Shown here: positions 35,601-47,399 of the stretch, piece by piece | Position numbering within the stretch: the stretch's first letter is position 1 | Layout of the letters: each line of letters opens with the position of its first letter | Origin: Raillietiella orientalis | Lineage: Eukaryota | Reading direction: 5' to 3' | DNA length: 64,000 nucleotides | NCBI GenBank assembly: GCA_036172245.1 | Contig: JAYWIR010000002.1 | Span: 6,696,001-6,760,000 of the forward strand | Translations under genes and position numbers: made by a program | Notes under the pieces: model-generated | Databases searched by the model: none | Seen by the model: only the letters and a program-made list of their open reading frames with translations | Told to the model about the DNA's origin: nothing

Positions 35601-38519
35601 TCCGCATCTCCGTGAAGAGATGGGAAAAAGGAAGAGGGACGCACCTCTGTCAGAAGGCGGTCGGAGCTCCGGGAGCACCGTGACGGCGGCGCAGAGGCGA
35701 GCAGCGCCTGCGACGACGACGAGCGCGGATGACGTCACCGTGCCTCCCGCACCTCCCCTTGTCGCGCCATCTCCCCTCCACCTGCTGCCCCAGTCTCTCG
35801 AGCGGGGGTTTGCGAGCTCCTCTCTTTCCCTCGGCCCGTGCGCTGCTCGCCGGGAGACGCGGATGCGGGGCGTTTGCAATCTACCCCTCCCCCATCTCCA
35901 GCGTTCCAGCCCCCGAAAGGAGCGTCCCTCGCGCGCGTGCTGGCGCGGAGAGGGGGCAACTTCGCCACCGTCTTCCTCCGCGTTCTGCGTGCGTCCTCCC
36001 TTCCCCTATTCCCCGCAAGAGCGACCCGTCCGGCGGCCTCGATCCCTTCCTTCCCGCCGGAGGAGCGCGGTGAGAGTGCGCGTCTCTGCAGCCTCGTCGG
36101 CGGAAATCACGGCTCATCTGGCATTGATCCTTTTCCTTCTAAGGATTAACAATGGTCTTCGCCTTGATGCGCGAGGTCACCGGTGACACAAAATGCAAAT
36201 TGTGCCTTCCCTTTTTTGTTTTCGCTGACCTTCACGCCTGCGCCCGGATCTTGACTGCGTCCCGACTGACGGTCAGATTGCGGCGGCGGCCGCCGCCGCC
36301 GCAGTATGTCGCTGCGCCTGCCGCTGCCGCCGCCTCGTCGGCTGTTGCCGGAGGGGCTGCCGAACTTCCCGGGAGGTGGGACGGAAGGCAGGAAGTGCGG
36401 GGGTAGAGGAGGATTAGCAGAGGGGTGGGAGCAAAATCCTTTTCTTAGGATCCCCGCGCGGGCTCGCGCGGCCAACTGGAGGCCGGGATCACCCGGCGCC
36501 GCCTCGGGGTCTCTCACGCAGCGGCGCGAGGACTCCGAAGAGTAGAGACGAACGTGGAACGGAGGTAGGCCGGTCATCCTCCTTCCTCGGCGTCCCGTGC
36601 TGAAGGGATCTGGAAGGAGCGGGCGCGCGCCAGAGGTCGACATGCGTCCGTCTCACTGCCGAGGGCTGACCGCATGCTGCCGCTGCCCAGCTGGTCGTCC
36701 AGAGATCGCCCTGCGAAGAGGAGGGAGGTGCGTGGGGAGGCGTGTGAAGCGACTCCGGGTGGCGGCGCTGGCTCTCAGGCCTTCGGTGGCACTTTGGGAG
36801 ATCCCAACCCCCACCTGGGAGAGCCCACTGTCCTTCTTCTTCCTCTTTTCTTTCCCTTCCATTCCCCTCTCCAGGAATGGGACGGACCCGGGCTTATCTT
36901 TTTCCCACGTCCCCGCTGAGCGAGGGAGAGGAGCGAAGAACCGGCATTGCCTACAGGAGGGAGATTTCGGCCAACACCCTCCACCCCGGGATATGGCAGC
37001 AGGAAGACATCGCCTGGCTTCGCTTCAACCGCCCTCCCCACGCACCCTCCTCTATCTCTTCGTCGGGGCGGCCATCTCCGGCTGTCGATGGCTCGGGGGA
37101 GGCCCGGTGGCTCCGCCGCGAGTTCCAAAGTTTCCCCCGCCGGAGCAGTCTCCCTCCTCACGCGCACAGCGGAAGCGAGGACCTCGGACGAAACTTCCTC
37201 CCACCCCTCCTCCCTCCTCCCCCCCTAGCCACTAGCGCGCTCCCGCCGGAAACGGCGGCGCGATAAGGGGGAGCATCGTCACGGCAGCAGGCTGCGCTTG
37301 CTTGCCCCCGGCAATCGCATGCCGCTCCGCGTGACTACCGGGGCAAGGGCCAAGCCGCCAGTCTCCGCCCGCGCGAGGCGACGGGCTATTTTTCCACCCT
37401 CCCGTGTGGAAAAATGACGCCCATCCCTCGCCTTCCCCTCTTCGCCTTTCGACACGCTTCCCCTTTTCCGTTGCGCACATCGCGCTCCCTGGACGAGGGA
37501 CCTCTTCCAGTCTGGAGGGCGGGAGCGGGATGACAGCAGCCTCGCCCGGGCGCCTCGCCGCCGCTCCGGAGGACGAGAAAGGCTGCCCAGCCTACCGTGG
37601 ACGAGGGCTGCGTGCCCACGGCAGGGGCGCCCTTTACGGCCCTATGTGGAGCGCGCAGCATCTCAAGCGACGAGACAGAAAGGGCAGGGTCCTCTGCGAG
37701 GGCCCTGCCCTTTCCGTCTTGACACTGATCCGAGCATCGTCGTGACCTTTGCGACTGACCTTGAAACCCAGCCCTCCGATGCCGCGCAGTCCACTTGTGC
37801 GCACGCGCTCTCGAAAGCGACGGCTGCTCTCCGCGCGGGCTACCGGAGCGACGACGCCTGTGGAGGGAGAGGAGGAAGAAGGTAGGAGCCAGGAATACAT
37901 CCCCTCCTCCCGCCAGGAGAAAGGGACAGCCTCCGGGTCCTTATGCCCTTCGCTCATGGAGCGACATTCTCGTTCGCCCGAGAGGGCCTCCCTGCCCCTT
38001 CGCGTCGTCGTCGTCGTCATCCGTGTCCCCGATGGGTGGGTTTCCCTCTTCGCTCGCCAGACTCCCCCCTTGGGGTCGACCCGCCTGCCCTTTCCCTCCC
38101 TGCCCCCTACCCCTACGTCATTCCCGCTCTCAGCCCTCTCCGACGGCTCCGCGTTTGCGGGCGAAGTTCTCGACCCCGAAATCTCCTTGCTCGCGCGCGT
38201 GCGCACGGGGAGCTCCTCACTTTCGCCGCTGCCGCCGCCGCCGCCGCCGCCTCGGGCGAAGGTTTGATGATCTCGGGGGCAGCAGGGCGGCGACAGCAAA
38301 ACGGGGGCGCGCGCTCCTTGCGCGCAATCGGCCGCCCGCGGCCTCGGCGACCGCTCGTCGGGCGCGCGTGCCGCGCTCGAGTTGCGCAAGGGCTCGCCCC
38401 TCGGCTCGCCGCCACCTTCCTCTTCTGCCCGCGGGCGCGCAGCGAGCCGGCGAGCGTGCGGAAGCCGTACGCCCGTGTTCGCGAGCAACCAGAGCATTAG
38501 GGGAAGGCGGGGAAAGACA

Positions 38520-39300
38520 GGTCGAGACCTCTGCCGATCCCGCCTCGGGGCAAATGAGAAAAGAGTCCCCGCCCAGCAGCCGCGCGCCGCCCGGGTCCTT
38601 CAGGTCTAAGCAGGTGTTTCAGAAGTGGAAGCCCCTTTTTGCCCTCCGCCCCTTCGATGCCGATGATTGGCAACACAGCATCCAGGAGCGCAAACCGCCG
38701 TTGGGCGAAACCTGCAGGTCAGCCTCACGAGCTGACCCCCGCTACTCCGTGCCCAGAACTCTTCCGGAGAAGGCTCAGTGGAGACTGCGCCTCCTCCGGA
38801 AAAAGAAGAGAGACCGTGGCGGTTCGGCCCGCGGCTTCCTTTTCTCCCCTGGGTCGAGCTAGCTCGCCCAACCGCTGCAGCTGCCCATGGCGCTGGCGAC
38901 GGCCCCGACAGCATCACAGAATGACCTCTCTGTCCCCTTCTGCCTGGCTGTTGCAGGACGCCATCGCCTTCGCCTGAGGAAGTGGCGGTCGGACGAAACC
39001 CTCAACATTGCCGCGGCGACGGGCGAGCGTCTCCTCCGCCGCTACTCGGAGCCCTCCGGTTCGTTCTGCCGGATGGAAGCGGACAATTTTGGCGCACGCC
39101 GTCCGAGGTGTGAGAAGGTCCTCAGTGAACGGCACGCTCAGAGAGCCGACGAAGGGAAGGGGTCATCACGCTCGAGGCCACGGAGGCAATGGGAGGGGTG
39201 CCAGCATGCACGCGCGCGGAGTGACCCCCAACTGCTTGGTCCCATTTTCTTCTCTTTCAGATGCCCGCGAGGAAGCTGGACGCCTCCTCCATCTGCGAGG
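38520..39300 (+). mobile_element. Decayed gypsy RT fragment
   Basis: LPMALATAPTASQ (MPFGLxNAPxxFQ-like), WLLQDAIAF (YLDDI-like) and SFCRMEADNFG (KCxF...FLG-like) in order. Confidence 0.45.
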
Positions 39301-40329
39301 GGGAGAAGAAGCTGGCGTAGCGCAGAGCACGTGTGTTGCCAACAGCGACGGCAGCAGCAGCAGCAAAGTGGTGCCCCCCCATCTATCCTTTCCGCGCTTT
39401 GGGAGAGTGAGCAGGAGAGACAGAGCGGATCCCGGCTCGTAGGACCTCGCGGCGGCGGCAGAGAGCGGCGAAGTCCCCACCGCGAAGGTGTAGCACGGAA
39501 CCCGCCGCCTGCAGCCCAGCCCAGCGGGTGGATTTCCGAGAGGGACAGGAAAAAGGTCTGGAGGGGAAGAGTCGAGGTCGAGCGGCTAGAGGAAAGGGGC
39601 GGGGAAAGGGGGGGGGGATTGGAGGAGTGTGGTGACTCCGCCTTTCCCACTGCAGCAGCGGCGGCCAAGAGCGAGAGAGGAGCCAGCCTCCTTGAGGGTT
39701 CCCGCCCATAGGAGATGGCGCGAGCGAGCTCGGAGGCAGAGCAGTGGTAGCCAAATCCCGAGGGAGAGGTACAAATCCTCCGGGTGCCCCCTCAGGAGGA
39801 AGCGGAGGGATAGTCGTCGACCGGGGTGGGTGGGAGTGGGAGTGGAGTAGACAGAGCTGAGACCGCGCGAAGGTTTCCTCCTGGAAGAGCCTCGAAGGGA
39901 AGACGTCGGTCTCAGGGAGCAGCGAGGGCAGGGGTGGCGCGCGCGCGGGCAATCCGGAGGGGCGGATGGGAAGACTAGGGCCTCGCCCTCCTCCCCTGCC
40001 TTCGTTTACCCGCCACTGCGTTTCGCCGAGCGCAAGCGTTCCTGTCCCTTCCCGCTCTCTTCGCTGAGGAAACGGAGATCGGGAAGCGAAGCGGCCGCCG
40101 TCCCGAGAACTCTGCGGCCTCCCCAAGGATCCCCTAGCCATCCCCACTCCCCTCCTGAGTCTTTGCCGCGCATCGGAGTCCTCTGTCCCCTCCCTCCCCT
40201 TCACCGCTCGGAGGCACGCACGCGGACGCGCTACCCTACTCCCAGTTCCGTAGGCTCCGTCTCACATTGCATGCACGCAAGCACGTGACGTACATGCGTG
40301 CGACGCGAAACCTTTCCATCGCCAGGGAG

Positions 40330-42100
40330 CAGCAGGGTGAGAAGAGGGCAAGAGGATGGAGGGCGTGGTCAACAAGCGGGAGGGGGGAAGGGGCGGAGAA
40401 AGGGGCGGTCTCCTCCCTCGCGCACGCACCGCGGCAGGAGCTCTGCCTCTTCCGGAGGACGCGGCACAGGAGAGAAGACTGCAGGATATCGATGCAGAAG
40501 GCGATGAGGGTCAGAGTGGGGTCAGGAAGATAGGGAGGAGCCCCAATTCCCAGGATGCGGGACAGGGAAGGCTCCCGTCCCACGCCTCCAGGGACGGACA
40601 TTCCGCAGCCTCAGTCGCCGCGTGCGGGGCGATGATACTTTCGACCTAGTGCGCGCGAGAGCGGTCCACGGGAGAGGGGGCTGGAACTGGTCCCGACAGC
40701 CAGCCCCCACCAGGGCCTCGCCCCGTAGACCCTCGCTCGCTCGCCCTCAGGACGGACACGGTTCTCTTAAAGTGTTCTCCCCTGGGAGTGCTCCCCCCAT
40801 GGACGGGAGCGAGCGGGAAAGATCCTTCCTGGGGCGCTTCTGTCCTCCGCCCGGAGCGCTCGTTCGCCTCGCGCCGGCTCCGCTCCTACCTTCCTCCTCC
40901 CCCCTCATGCTCCTCCGATGAAGGACTCTCTCGGTCTCGCGTCGTCGCCGAAGCGGTCAAGGGTGCCTGCGGGCGTCGAACTTGACCTTGGCCGCCATTC
41001 CGAAGTGCCTGAGGCGCCCGAGGGAAAGTTGACGCGCTCTGAAAGCGACGCCCTTGCGCGGACAAAGCGTTTTCTCCCTCCCTCGCCCGCCCACCCCTCA
41101 CCACCGTCCTTCTTCCGGAGCTCCTGGAAGAGGGAAGCCATCCCTGCCTCTGCTGCTTCCGGTCTGCCGCCTCCACCCTCCCCGGACATGGACTGGCAGG
41201 CGGAGGCGCGGCACGGCGCGTTCTTCACCTGACAGGGATTCAGCGTGCCACGCCTTCGCTCTCCAGGCATCCTGGCAAGCGCTACTGACGCGCCGTTCGC
41301 TCGGCGAGGGCCGGCCCGCCTCTTCCTTGCGGCGTGCGTACTCGAGGGAGGCGAAAGGCGTGCGCGGAAGCTATGGGGAAGCGGGGCAATCGCTCCTTCC
41401 CCCACTTCCTTATCCCTTCCGCTTGCTGACCACCACCCCCTTCCCCCGATACCTTACTGCCCGCTCGCCCTGCCGCTGCTCCTCTGGCAAAGGGAAGGAT
41501 TCTTTTCGCTCGGGACCATCTCCGGACAGTCTGCCCTAACAACTACGAGAGGATCTGCGTCCCATCTTTCTGCTTCTCTTTTCCCTTTTGGTGACTCCTT
41601 GCCTCGAGAAATCGGGACAGTTATGCGTCTGTCCGCACTTTGCCTACGTCCCTTGGAAGAAACGAAGCGCCTTGGTCACCCTCGCACAAGGAAAAAGCGA
41701 AGATGGCGTTGGAAGCTTTCGGATGTTTTCCAGGAGGCAATGGCCCTTGCCCTTTGATTTCCGAAAGGAGGGGGTAGGAACGGAGGTCCTCCGAGTTCTA
41801 TGCCAGAATCCTCTTTCACTCTGGCTCCTTGCATCGGTCCTTTCTGTGCGTAGTGCCTTCAGACCATTCAGGGCACTCTCCCAGCTCGGAGGTGCATGAG
41901 GGAAGGAACGAGGAGGAGGAATGGCAACGTCTCGATGGAAGGAGCCCGCATTCCTGCTGCCCTTCTACGTAGGGTGTTTCGGGAGCAATGAGGTCAGCCG
42001 CCTCGGCATTTCGCGCTCTGCGTGGGCGATCGGCAGGTGGATGGTCCGCGCCAGCAGTGCGAGGAGGTTTCAGGCGCCGCGGCGCGCTTCTCCCCTCCCC
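40330..42100 (+). mobile_element. Decayed LINE RT region
   Basis: SLKVFSPGSAPPMDG (KxPGxDG-like), ALARTKRFLP, SPDRDSACHAF (LDQEKAFD-like), GAIAPSP and FGDS (YADD position) in RT order. Confidence 0.45.
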
Positions 42101-42723
42101 TGCGGCACCCCTGCGGGAAGGCGGCGGCGGCGGGGGCGAAAGAGAGCATCGCGCCGCGCTGATCCGCTCCACGGGGCTTCACTGCAAACTGACCCTGAGC
42201 ACCATCCGGGCGCCATTTTTAAGACCCTGGAGGGGTATCTCCTGCGCTCTCTTCCATCCCTGCAGCCGTATCATTTTCTTCTCTTCCTCCCCTTCCTGGC
42301 TTCCGAACTCCCGCCTCTCTCCCTTCTCGCCGCCTCCCCTTCCTCCACCCTCCTCCCGCAGCTGTCCTTACCAGCCTGCGCTCTTGTCCTTGACTCTCCA
42401 CTTCTCACGGCGCTTCCAGATGCTCCTCTGACCTTCTCGAAGGTTCGAGCATCCTTCGAACCGTCCAAACGTTCGGACTGCTGAGGGGTGGCTCCTCGGC
42501 ACAGCGGACGACAGACGGAAACCAAGGAGACGCCGTGCGTCATGCGAGTGTCCTCATAGGGCCCTGCAACCGCTCCTTGGACCCTGCATTCGAGCGACGC
42601 AGGAGACGTTGACCGGCATCTCAGAACAAACGAAGGAGATAGCACCCAAAAAAAGAAAAAAAGACAAATTTTCAACCAGGCACCGCAACCATGCCCAGAT
42701 GGGTAAGAAGGCAACATCCTTGA

Positions 42724-42724
<1 letters not shown>

Positions 42725-42754
<30 letters not shown>

Positions 42755-42764
42755 GCGCGCGCGC
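42725..42764. repeat. (TC)13 microsatellite adjacent to a (CG)n tract
   Basis: Seen directly: TC repeat 42725-42750, then TAT, then CGCGCGCGCGC. Confidence 0.95.
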
Positions 42765-43291
42765 AAGCGCTTCCTCGGATCCTTTTATCCACCTCCCTGG
42801 GATTCCTAGCGCCTCCTCCTTCTGTCCGTGAGATTCCGAAGGCTATCGAGAAAAGAGGGGAAGGCAGCTTCCCAGCTGCATGAGCACAGCACGCAGCCGC
42901 CTCAACTGAATCTTCCAAACCCACAACGACGAACCAATTCCTTTAAAAAAACAGAAAGAATGCGCACAGCTGAGAGCAACAGGCACTCAGTATCCCTAAA
43001 CAAAAAGAGAGAGGCAGTGGGCGAACCTCCTTTGTCACACTTTCCTGTCCTTCTGGAAGCTTCTCCTGATGCGCTCCTCCTCACCCTCCGTTTCCAATCG
43101 CCATCCTTCTGCACCTACCCATGTGGAACCACTCAGTCTCCATCCATGCAAAGTGGAAAAATCCAACGACCCATCCGAGATTGATGGGCCAATTATCCAC
43201 ATTAAGCGTGCACCCCCGATGCGTTCGGGCCTAAAGACAGGGGAGAGGGAGAACCTCACCACGGTTACGATCCCCAAGAAGTGGAGGGAAG

Positions 43292-43458
43292 GAAAAGACC
43301 CACACCCTCCCCTTGCAGCTTCGTCAGCCTCTTGTGGAAGTGGTTGTTCAAGGAGATAAGAAAGATGCTGATCTCTTCCTAAGGGCATTTCGCGGCTCCA
43401 CGGGACGCCAACTCCAGCATCACCAAGAGCAGGGAGACGCTCCTCCGCAGTCAAAGAG
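43292..43458 (+). repeat. Older, diverged copy (A') of the end of block A
   Basis: Aligns to ~26750-26916 (CGTCAGCCTC...TCAAGGAGAT...TTTCGCGGC.CCACGG.ACGCC...AGCATCACCAA.AGCAGG...AGTCAAAGAG) with many substitutions. Confidence 0.8.
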
Positions 43459-45450
43459 CGCCTGCCTGCTTGCGGGGGACACCGGACTCGGTGCTCATGG
43501 GAAGGAGGGGTCCACCAGCGAAGGAATGCGTGAATGCACGGCATGGACCGGCCTCACCACGACCAGCGGCCCTCTTCCGGGCACCCGTGCAGGGCAAGGA
43601 AGGGGCAACGCGGAAAGAGGGGAAGCACGCACCACCGATCTCAGGTTGCCCTTGTGCTTCCCCAAAAAATCGCGCGAATCCTATGCCCTTGTGCTCCCCA
43701 TTCCGGGCAGCGCCACTTGGCCGCGGCCCGCACCAACGCCATGGAGAGACGGAGGGCCTTCCCTCTCTGGCGACCGCCGTTGCCAGCACGTGGCATGGCA
43801 CCACCCGCGCAAAAACAGCCCGCAGGACCCGAAAAGGTGTACGTCTCCCCGGGTGGGTGCCTGGAATCGCGGGTGGGAACTCGCAGCGCCCCTGGAACGC
43901 GCGTTTGGTCTCCCGCTGCAGCCACCGCCGCGTTTCAGCTGAGCGCGACTGCGGGCTGACTCGCAACCCTCCAGGCATTCCTTGGGGACCGCCCCGCTCA
44001 GGCGTGGTGATGCCCTTCTTTTCCTGAAAGACCCCGGAGCAAGAGCGGCGAAATGGCGCCTGCTGGCAGCGAAGAGGAGCGGGGCAGAAGCGCAAGTCGC
44101 CAAGCCCAGGACGCGGAATTTTTTCCCAGGAGCTGCCGAAAGAGTCCGCCCACCTTGTCCGCGCCGATCTGTGGGCGCGGCATAGCTCCGTGAGGCGGCC
44201 GAGGATGCTTTTCTCCTTGAGCGCTGAGCCCGGTGTCTGCCACCGGCGGGCGGGAACTCTTTGACTCCGCAGGAGCATCTTCCTGCTTTTGGTGATGCTA
44301 GAGGAGGCGTTCCGTGGCGCCGCGAAACGCGGTCGGGAAGAGGTCAGCATCGCTTCCATCTCCTTGACCCAGGGTTTCTCCAGGAGGCTGACGGAGCTGT
44401 TGCCGTAGGCTGTTGGTCTGTTTCGGCGCGTCCGCGTTTCCGTCGCCAAGTCTTCCGGTTCGGTGGGCGGGCAAAGCGGCCTGGGGCAAAGCAGCACAGC
44501 AGTCGGACGGAGCGACGACCCAAGTCGCGCCCTCTCCTGAGGAGGGCGCACATCCCTCGGAGGGGGCGCCGAGGGAGATCGCAACGAGCGCCTCACTTCG
44601 TCCCCATGGATGCGATTAACGACGCTTTCGCCTGCATCCGATCGGCGGATGACAAGATCGGGCCTGTAGGTGGGCAGGGGGAGGGCAAACCGGGTTCGTT
44701 GACGGCACCTCGGATTTCAGTGAGTCATCAGGGACTTGGCGCCCGACCGGCGAGCTGATGAGGCGCGTCCAACCGGAGAAAACAAAGAAGAGGGTCCCGA
44801 AAAGGGACGCGAGGAAGATGATGCACGCGGCCCGCCACCCCACCTGCAGGGGGTTTCCTGTCGCGAAAGAGCCCCTCTGGGAGGAGGAATCCAGGGTTTT
44901 TTCCGAACGAGTGCAGAGTCTCCAGCGACGAACGCAACGCCACGATCCGCGGCTTCTTCCGGTGGTGCGGATGGACGGCTTCCTGGTGGGCAACCGAATT
45001 CAGTGGGAATCCGTCGGCGTAGGTCTCCTCTCCAGTGAGCGTGCACGGGAGGGGTGGACCCAGAGGTGGACGTTCGGCGGCGCCTCAAGGAGAGCAGTCT
45101 GAGGACATGTCGCTGTGCTGTCGTTTGTGACCCTTATGCTCCGGAAGGGCAGGTCGCTGAGAGAGACGGGAGGATCGTCGCTCGGCGTCGGCACGGCACG
45201 CGTAGGGGAGCAAGCGGGAATGCGAGGACACACGGGCGACAGCGTGGACGGGAGCTGCTGGTGGTCGCTGCTGCGCTCCCTTGTCGCGGGTTACCTTCTC
45301 CTGTGAGAGGTTCCCGTGCGGATGGCGGCGCATTGCGTTTCCGAAAGCGGCTGTAGGTCTCCGGCACCCTGGACCGGGGATGGGGGAGGGGACGAACCGA
45401 GACGCACGGTCCGCCCGCATGCCGCGTAGTTGCGTTCCGAGCAGAACGAG
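43451..45450 (-). repeat. Right arm of the 2000-bp inverted repeat (reverse complement of 25723-27722)
   Basis: Mirror-image ORF set with about ten visible substitutions and no indels. Confidence 0.95.
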
Positions 45451-46375
45451 CGAAGCCCGCGTCGGAGGCTTTGTGGTTAAGGCTTCCGCGCGTGGCACCA
45501 TGCGTCGCGGGTTCGAATACTTCGGCAGATAACTGACTCCATTGCGTCGTTTGGGTTCCGAGTTTCTCCTGCAACGCCGCTGGTTGGCCGAGACATTCGG
45601 GCGTGGCTCCGGCGGTGGATAAAGTCGGAGGCCTCCCGATGAAGGCCGGAACAATGGGAGTCGACCTTCAGGTCCTCCCAGGAATAAAGGAGTGGGGAGT
45701 TCCCCCTCCGGTCGTGCAACGGAGAGTGGACCTCCGTCACCGGGGGACCGCCTCCGATTTCGAGATGGAGCAGAAGCCCTCACGGGCACCTCTTCAGTTG
45801 TTCAAAGGAGCGGACCTCCCCTTTTGGGGGTTCCTCCGAGTCGTCGCCTCTTCACAGAGTGTGCACAAGGAAGCAAGCGAGAGCGATTCCCTGCGGGAAG
45901 CTGCAGCGCCCCTTCTGAGTTTCGGAAGCGTCTCTTCGGGGTTCTCTTCAGAGGAGTGAACAGGAGCGGTTCCCTTGGGGGTTCCCTCCGGAGAAGAAAT
46001 TCCTACAAGCAGATCCTTTTCGGGTTCCCTTCGGAGAAGTTGAAATGGAGAGGACCACCCCCCATTACGGGGGGTGTCCCTCCGGAGAGAATGAGGAAGG
46101 AGATTCCCTTCGGGGTTCCCCTTCGGAGACAACCAGGGTGGGAGGTGCGATCCCCCCGTCCAGGGGGATCCCTCCCCAAGTGCGAGAGGAACGGACTCCG
46201 AGCCCTTCCTGGATTCATAGGGAGGATCTCAATCCCGGGGTGCCCCCTATCCTGAAGAATTACACACCCTTCCTGCGGGTTGCCGCTGGCGGAGACGCGT
46301 GGAAACAAAACAGTGTGTTAATGTTTAAAAAGAGCCACGTGCGCCGCGAGGCACGCGACCGTCTCTGAGGTACTT
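45451..46375 (+). mobile_element. ~925-bp tRNA-headed SINE-like insertion with 11-bp target-site duplication
   Basis: A-box-like AGGCTTTGTGG (45466-45476) and B-box-like GGTTCGAATAC (45510-45520). Flanked by AGCAGAACGAG at 45440-45450 and 46376-46386; the uninterrupted site is visible in block A copies 1 and 2. Confidence 0.7.
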
Positions 46376-46572
46376 AGCAGAACGAGTGGGGCTCCTTCAC
46401 GCACCTTCTTCCCGCGCCGGGGACCTCGGAAGGCTTCGTTCTCAAGCGTGGTGGGCGACGAGTTGCTGGGGCAGCGCAGCAGGTCATGTGCTTTTTTCTA
46501 GGGAACGCGAACCGTGTCCGGTGGGAGGGAGCTGGACACTCCGCCTGTCTCCCGGATCAGCAGTCCAGATTT
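46376..46572 (-). repeat. Continuation of inverted block A beyond the insertion (more diverged)
   Basis: Reverse complement of ~25537-25733 with roughly ten differences in ~195 bp. Confidence 0.9.
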
Positions 46573-47399
46573 CAAGCTTTTCAATTCAGAGGAATGTTTG
46601 AATTCAGCCTTCAAGCTGTGGCGTCTTGTAGCTCTCGTCTCCTATGACAGCAGCGCTATGCAGTGAAATGGAGCCCGGAAACTTCGTTTTGAGGCGGATT
46701 CTTATGGAATCCCCCTACTCCTGTTATTCCCTTCGTTTTTCATCCTGTCCTTACACTATTTCTGTTTTTTCTCTTTCCATCTCTCTATATATTGGGTTAC
46801 CTTTCCCTTCTTTGGTCTCTCCATCCTTGCATCCTTTTGCCTTTGTTGTTCTTCCAACTGTCTTTTAAGTGGGGGAATTCAATTTGCCAGAAGGTTGGTT
46901 TCCATTTGGAGCTTTGGTCTGAGTCAAAAGGCCACAGGCACTCGAGAACTTCTCTGGTGCTATTGAAAACTTGCTGCAGTGGATCTTTCACTACTCTACA
47001 GACACTCTTCCCCGATGGCGAAGTGCGTTAAAGCAGAGCGCACCGCCACCCTAGTTCGCCTTGGGGTGCCGTACTGAATTTTCATGACCGTTCATCAAGG
47101 TCTGCTCTCCTCTTCTTACCACTTACTTCCTCCTCGCCCGTCTTTGTAAACCCTCTATCTGGAGTCATTGTCGAGAGACTGGTCCTTACTTTCTACTCAC
47201 CTTTTCATCCATCCACGTTGTCCCTGCATTCCCTCACTTGCCCCAGAATCGCGGGTCCCTAAAAGATTAGATGGTCTGCGTTTTGCACTAACATGAAAGT
47301 GAAAAGAAGCGCTACCAGGGTCCAGGCTGTAGGAACAGTGGCAAGCATCGCCAAAGAGTCATCCCGAGCAGACGTCGTTGATTCGACAATTCCGCATTC

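Noticed and set aside
37550..37850. DIRS-like RNase H remnant (GLRAHG...GPMWS)
   Set aside because: Similarity too faint to call without a profile search.
44755..44781. CTGATGA...GAAA hammerhead-like core in block A (also CTGATGA at ~17414 and ~26442)
   Set aside because: No properly closed stem II adjacent to the core and no convincing stems I/III.
45950..46130. Regularly spaced GTTCCCT(T/C)CGGAGA units resembling a CRISPR array
   Set aside because: Repeats are short and degenerate with irregular spacing, the context is eukaryotic and there are no cas genes; they are internal repeats of the SINE-like body.
25540..46572. Giant TIR transposon (Maverick/Foldback) defined by the inverted arms
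   Set aside because: The arms consist of decayed gypsy sequence, no transposase, polymerase or integrase ORF is intact inside, and no flanking TSD was found.
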